Shown: one piece after another, positions 63,406 through 64,000 of the stretch | How positions within the stretch are numbered: the first letter of the stretch is position 1 | How the letters are laid out: every line of letters starts with the position of its first letter | Source of the DNA: Macrostomum lignano | Taxonomy: Eukaryota | Length of the DNA: 64,000 bases | Assembly: GCA_002269645.1 (NCBI GenBank) | Contig: NIVC01002439.1 | Coordinates: forward strand, 1 to 64,000 | Direction: 5' to 3' | Translations under genes and position numbers: made by a program | The notes under the pieces: generated by a model | What the model saw: only the letters and a program-made list of their open reading frames with translations | Told to the model about the DNA's origin: nothing | The model's database searches: none

Positions 63406-64000
63406 GAACTAGCCGACTAGACGAGCAAATATTTTCCCCCTAAAGTTCGGCCCATGACCTCGTTGCCTGAAGGCCGAGCAATAAGAACAGTCTTCTTATC
63501 TTAAAGATTGCTTAACAACCAAAATCCACAAAATCCACGTAGAATCCGATCCAGTGCTGCATGATCATTCTGAATCTAAAGCTAAAACTCAAACTAATTG
63601 GGGTTATTTTTCGTAGATGAATGACGAAACTCAAACAGTTGAACAACGATAATAATTATTATATGTAATATTATCATAGCTCAACCTTTATTCCAATTTA
63701 TACAATCTCTCATAAATATGTTTAATATCTGCTGGACCAGACAAAAGACTTATTTTGCAGCGCCATAAATAACTTAAGTCGTCACATGACTGGTTCAAAG
63801 TGCATTTGACTTGACTATGTTTATTGTGTGTTCAAGCCGAATTTTCTGGTGCAAATTAATACGAGCTAATCTCGCATGGGCATGCGCTAGCTAAAGTAAT
63901 TTAATTTTTTTAAAAGCAAAAAATCATATGTAATAATTTATCTCGGAAATATTCCTGTGAATGCAGTTAATCCATCTTAAGAAATGCGTTAACCAAATTG

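Overview
Eukaryotic, intron-rich animal genomic DNA. GC-rich exons and introns filled with private minisatellites suggest a flatworm such as Macrostomum (inference only). Host genes reconstructed exon by exon: an MFSD4/NAGLT1-like MFS transporter (-), a small secreted Cys-pair peptide precursor (-), a 16-exon RasGRP/CalDAG-GEF (+; REM, RasGEF, 2 EF hands, C1), a 9-exon CEP170-like FHA protein (+), MOCS1A with no visible MOCS1B (+), two tandem CNBP-like CCHC/Gly-rich genes (+), an NPY/NPF-receptor-like GPCR (-) and a KLF zinc-finger factor (-). Mobile DNA: a Tc1/IS630-like IR-DR deletion derivative, two P-superfamily relics (one with TIRs and an 8-bp TSD), several MITEs and foldbacks, two tRNA-derived SINEs, and a 5'-truncated Penelope-like element in a (GA)n microsatellite. 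The Penelope-like element is the most unusual item. It carries a minimal hammerhead ribozyme, and its GIY-YIG endonuclease is followed, rather than preceded, by the linker motif that normally lies between RT thumb and endonuclease. Four apparent single-base deletions in short homopolymers suggest long-read assembly errors, so frameshifts here should not be read as pseudogenisation without raw-read checks.
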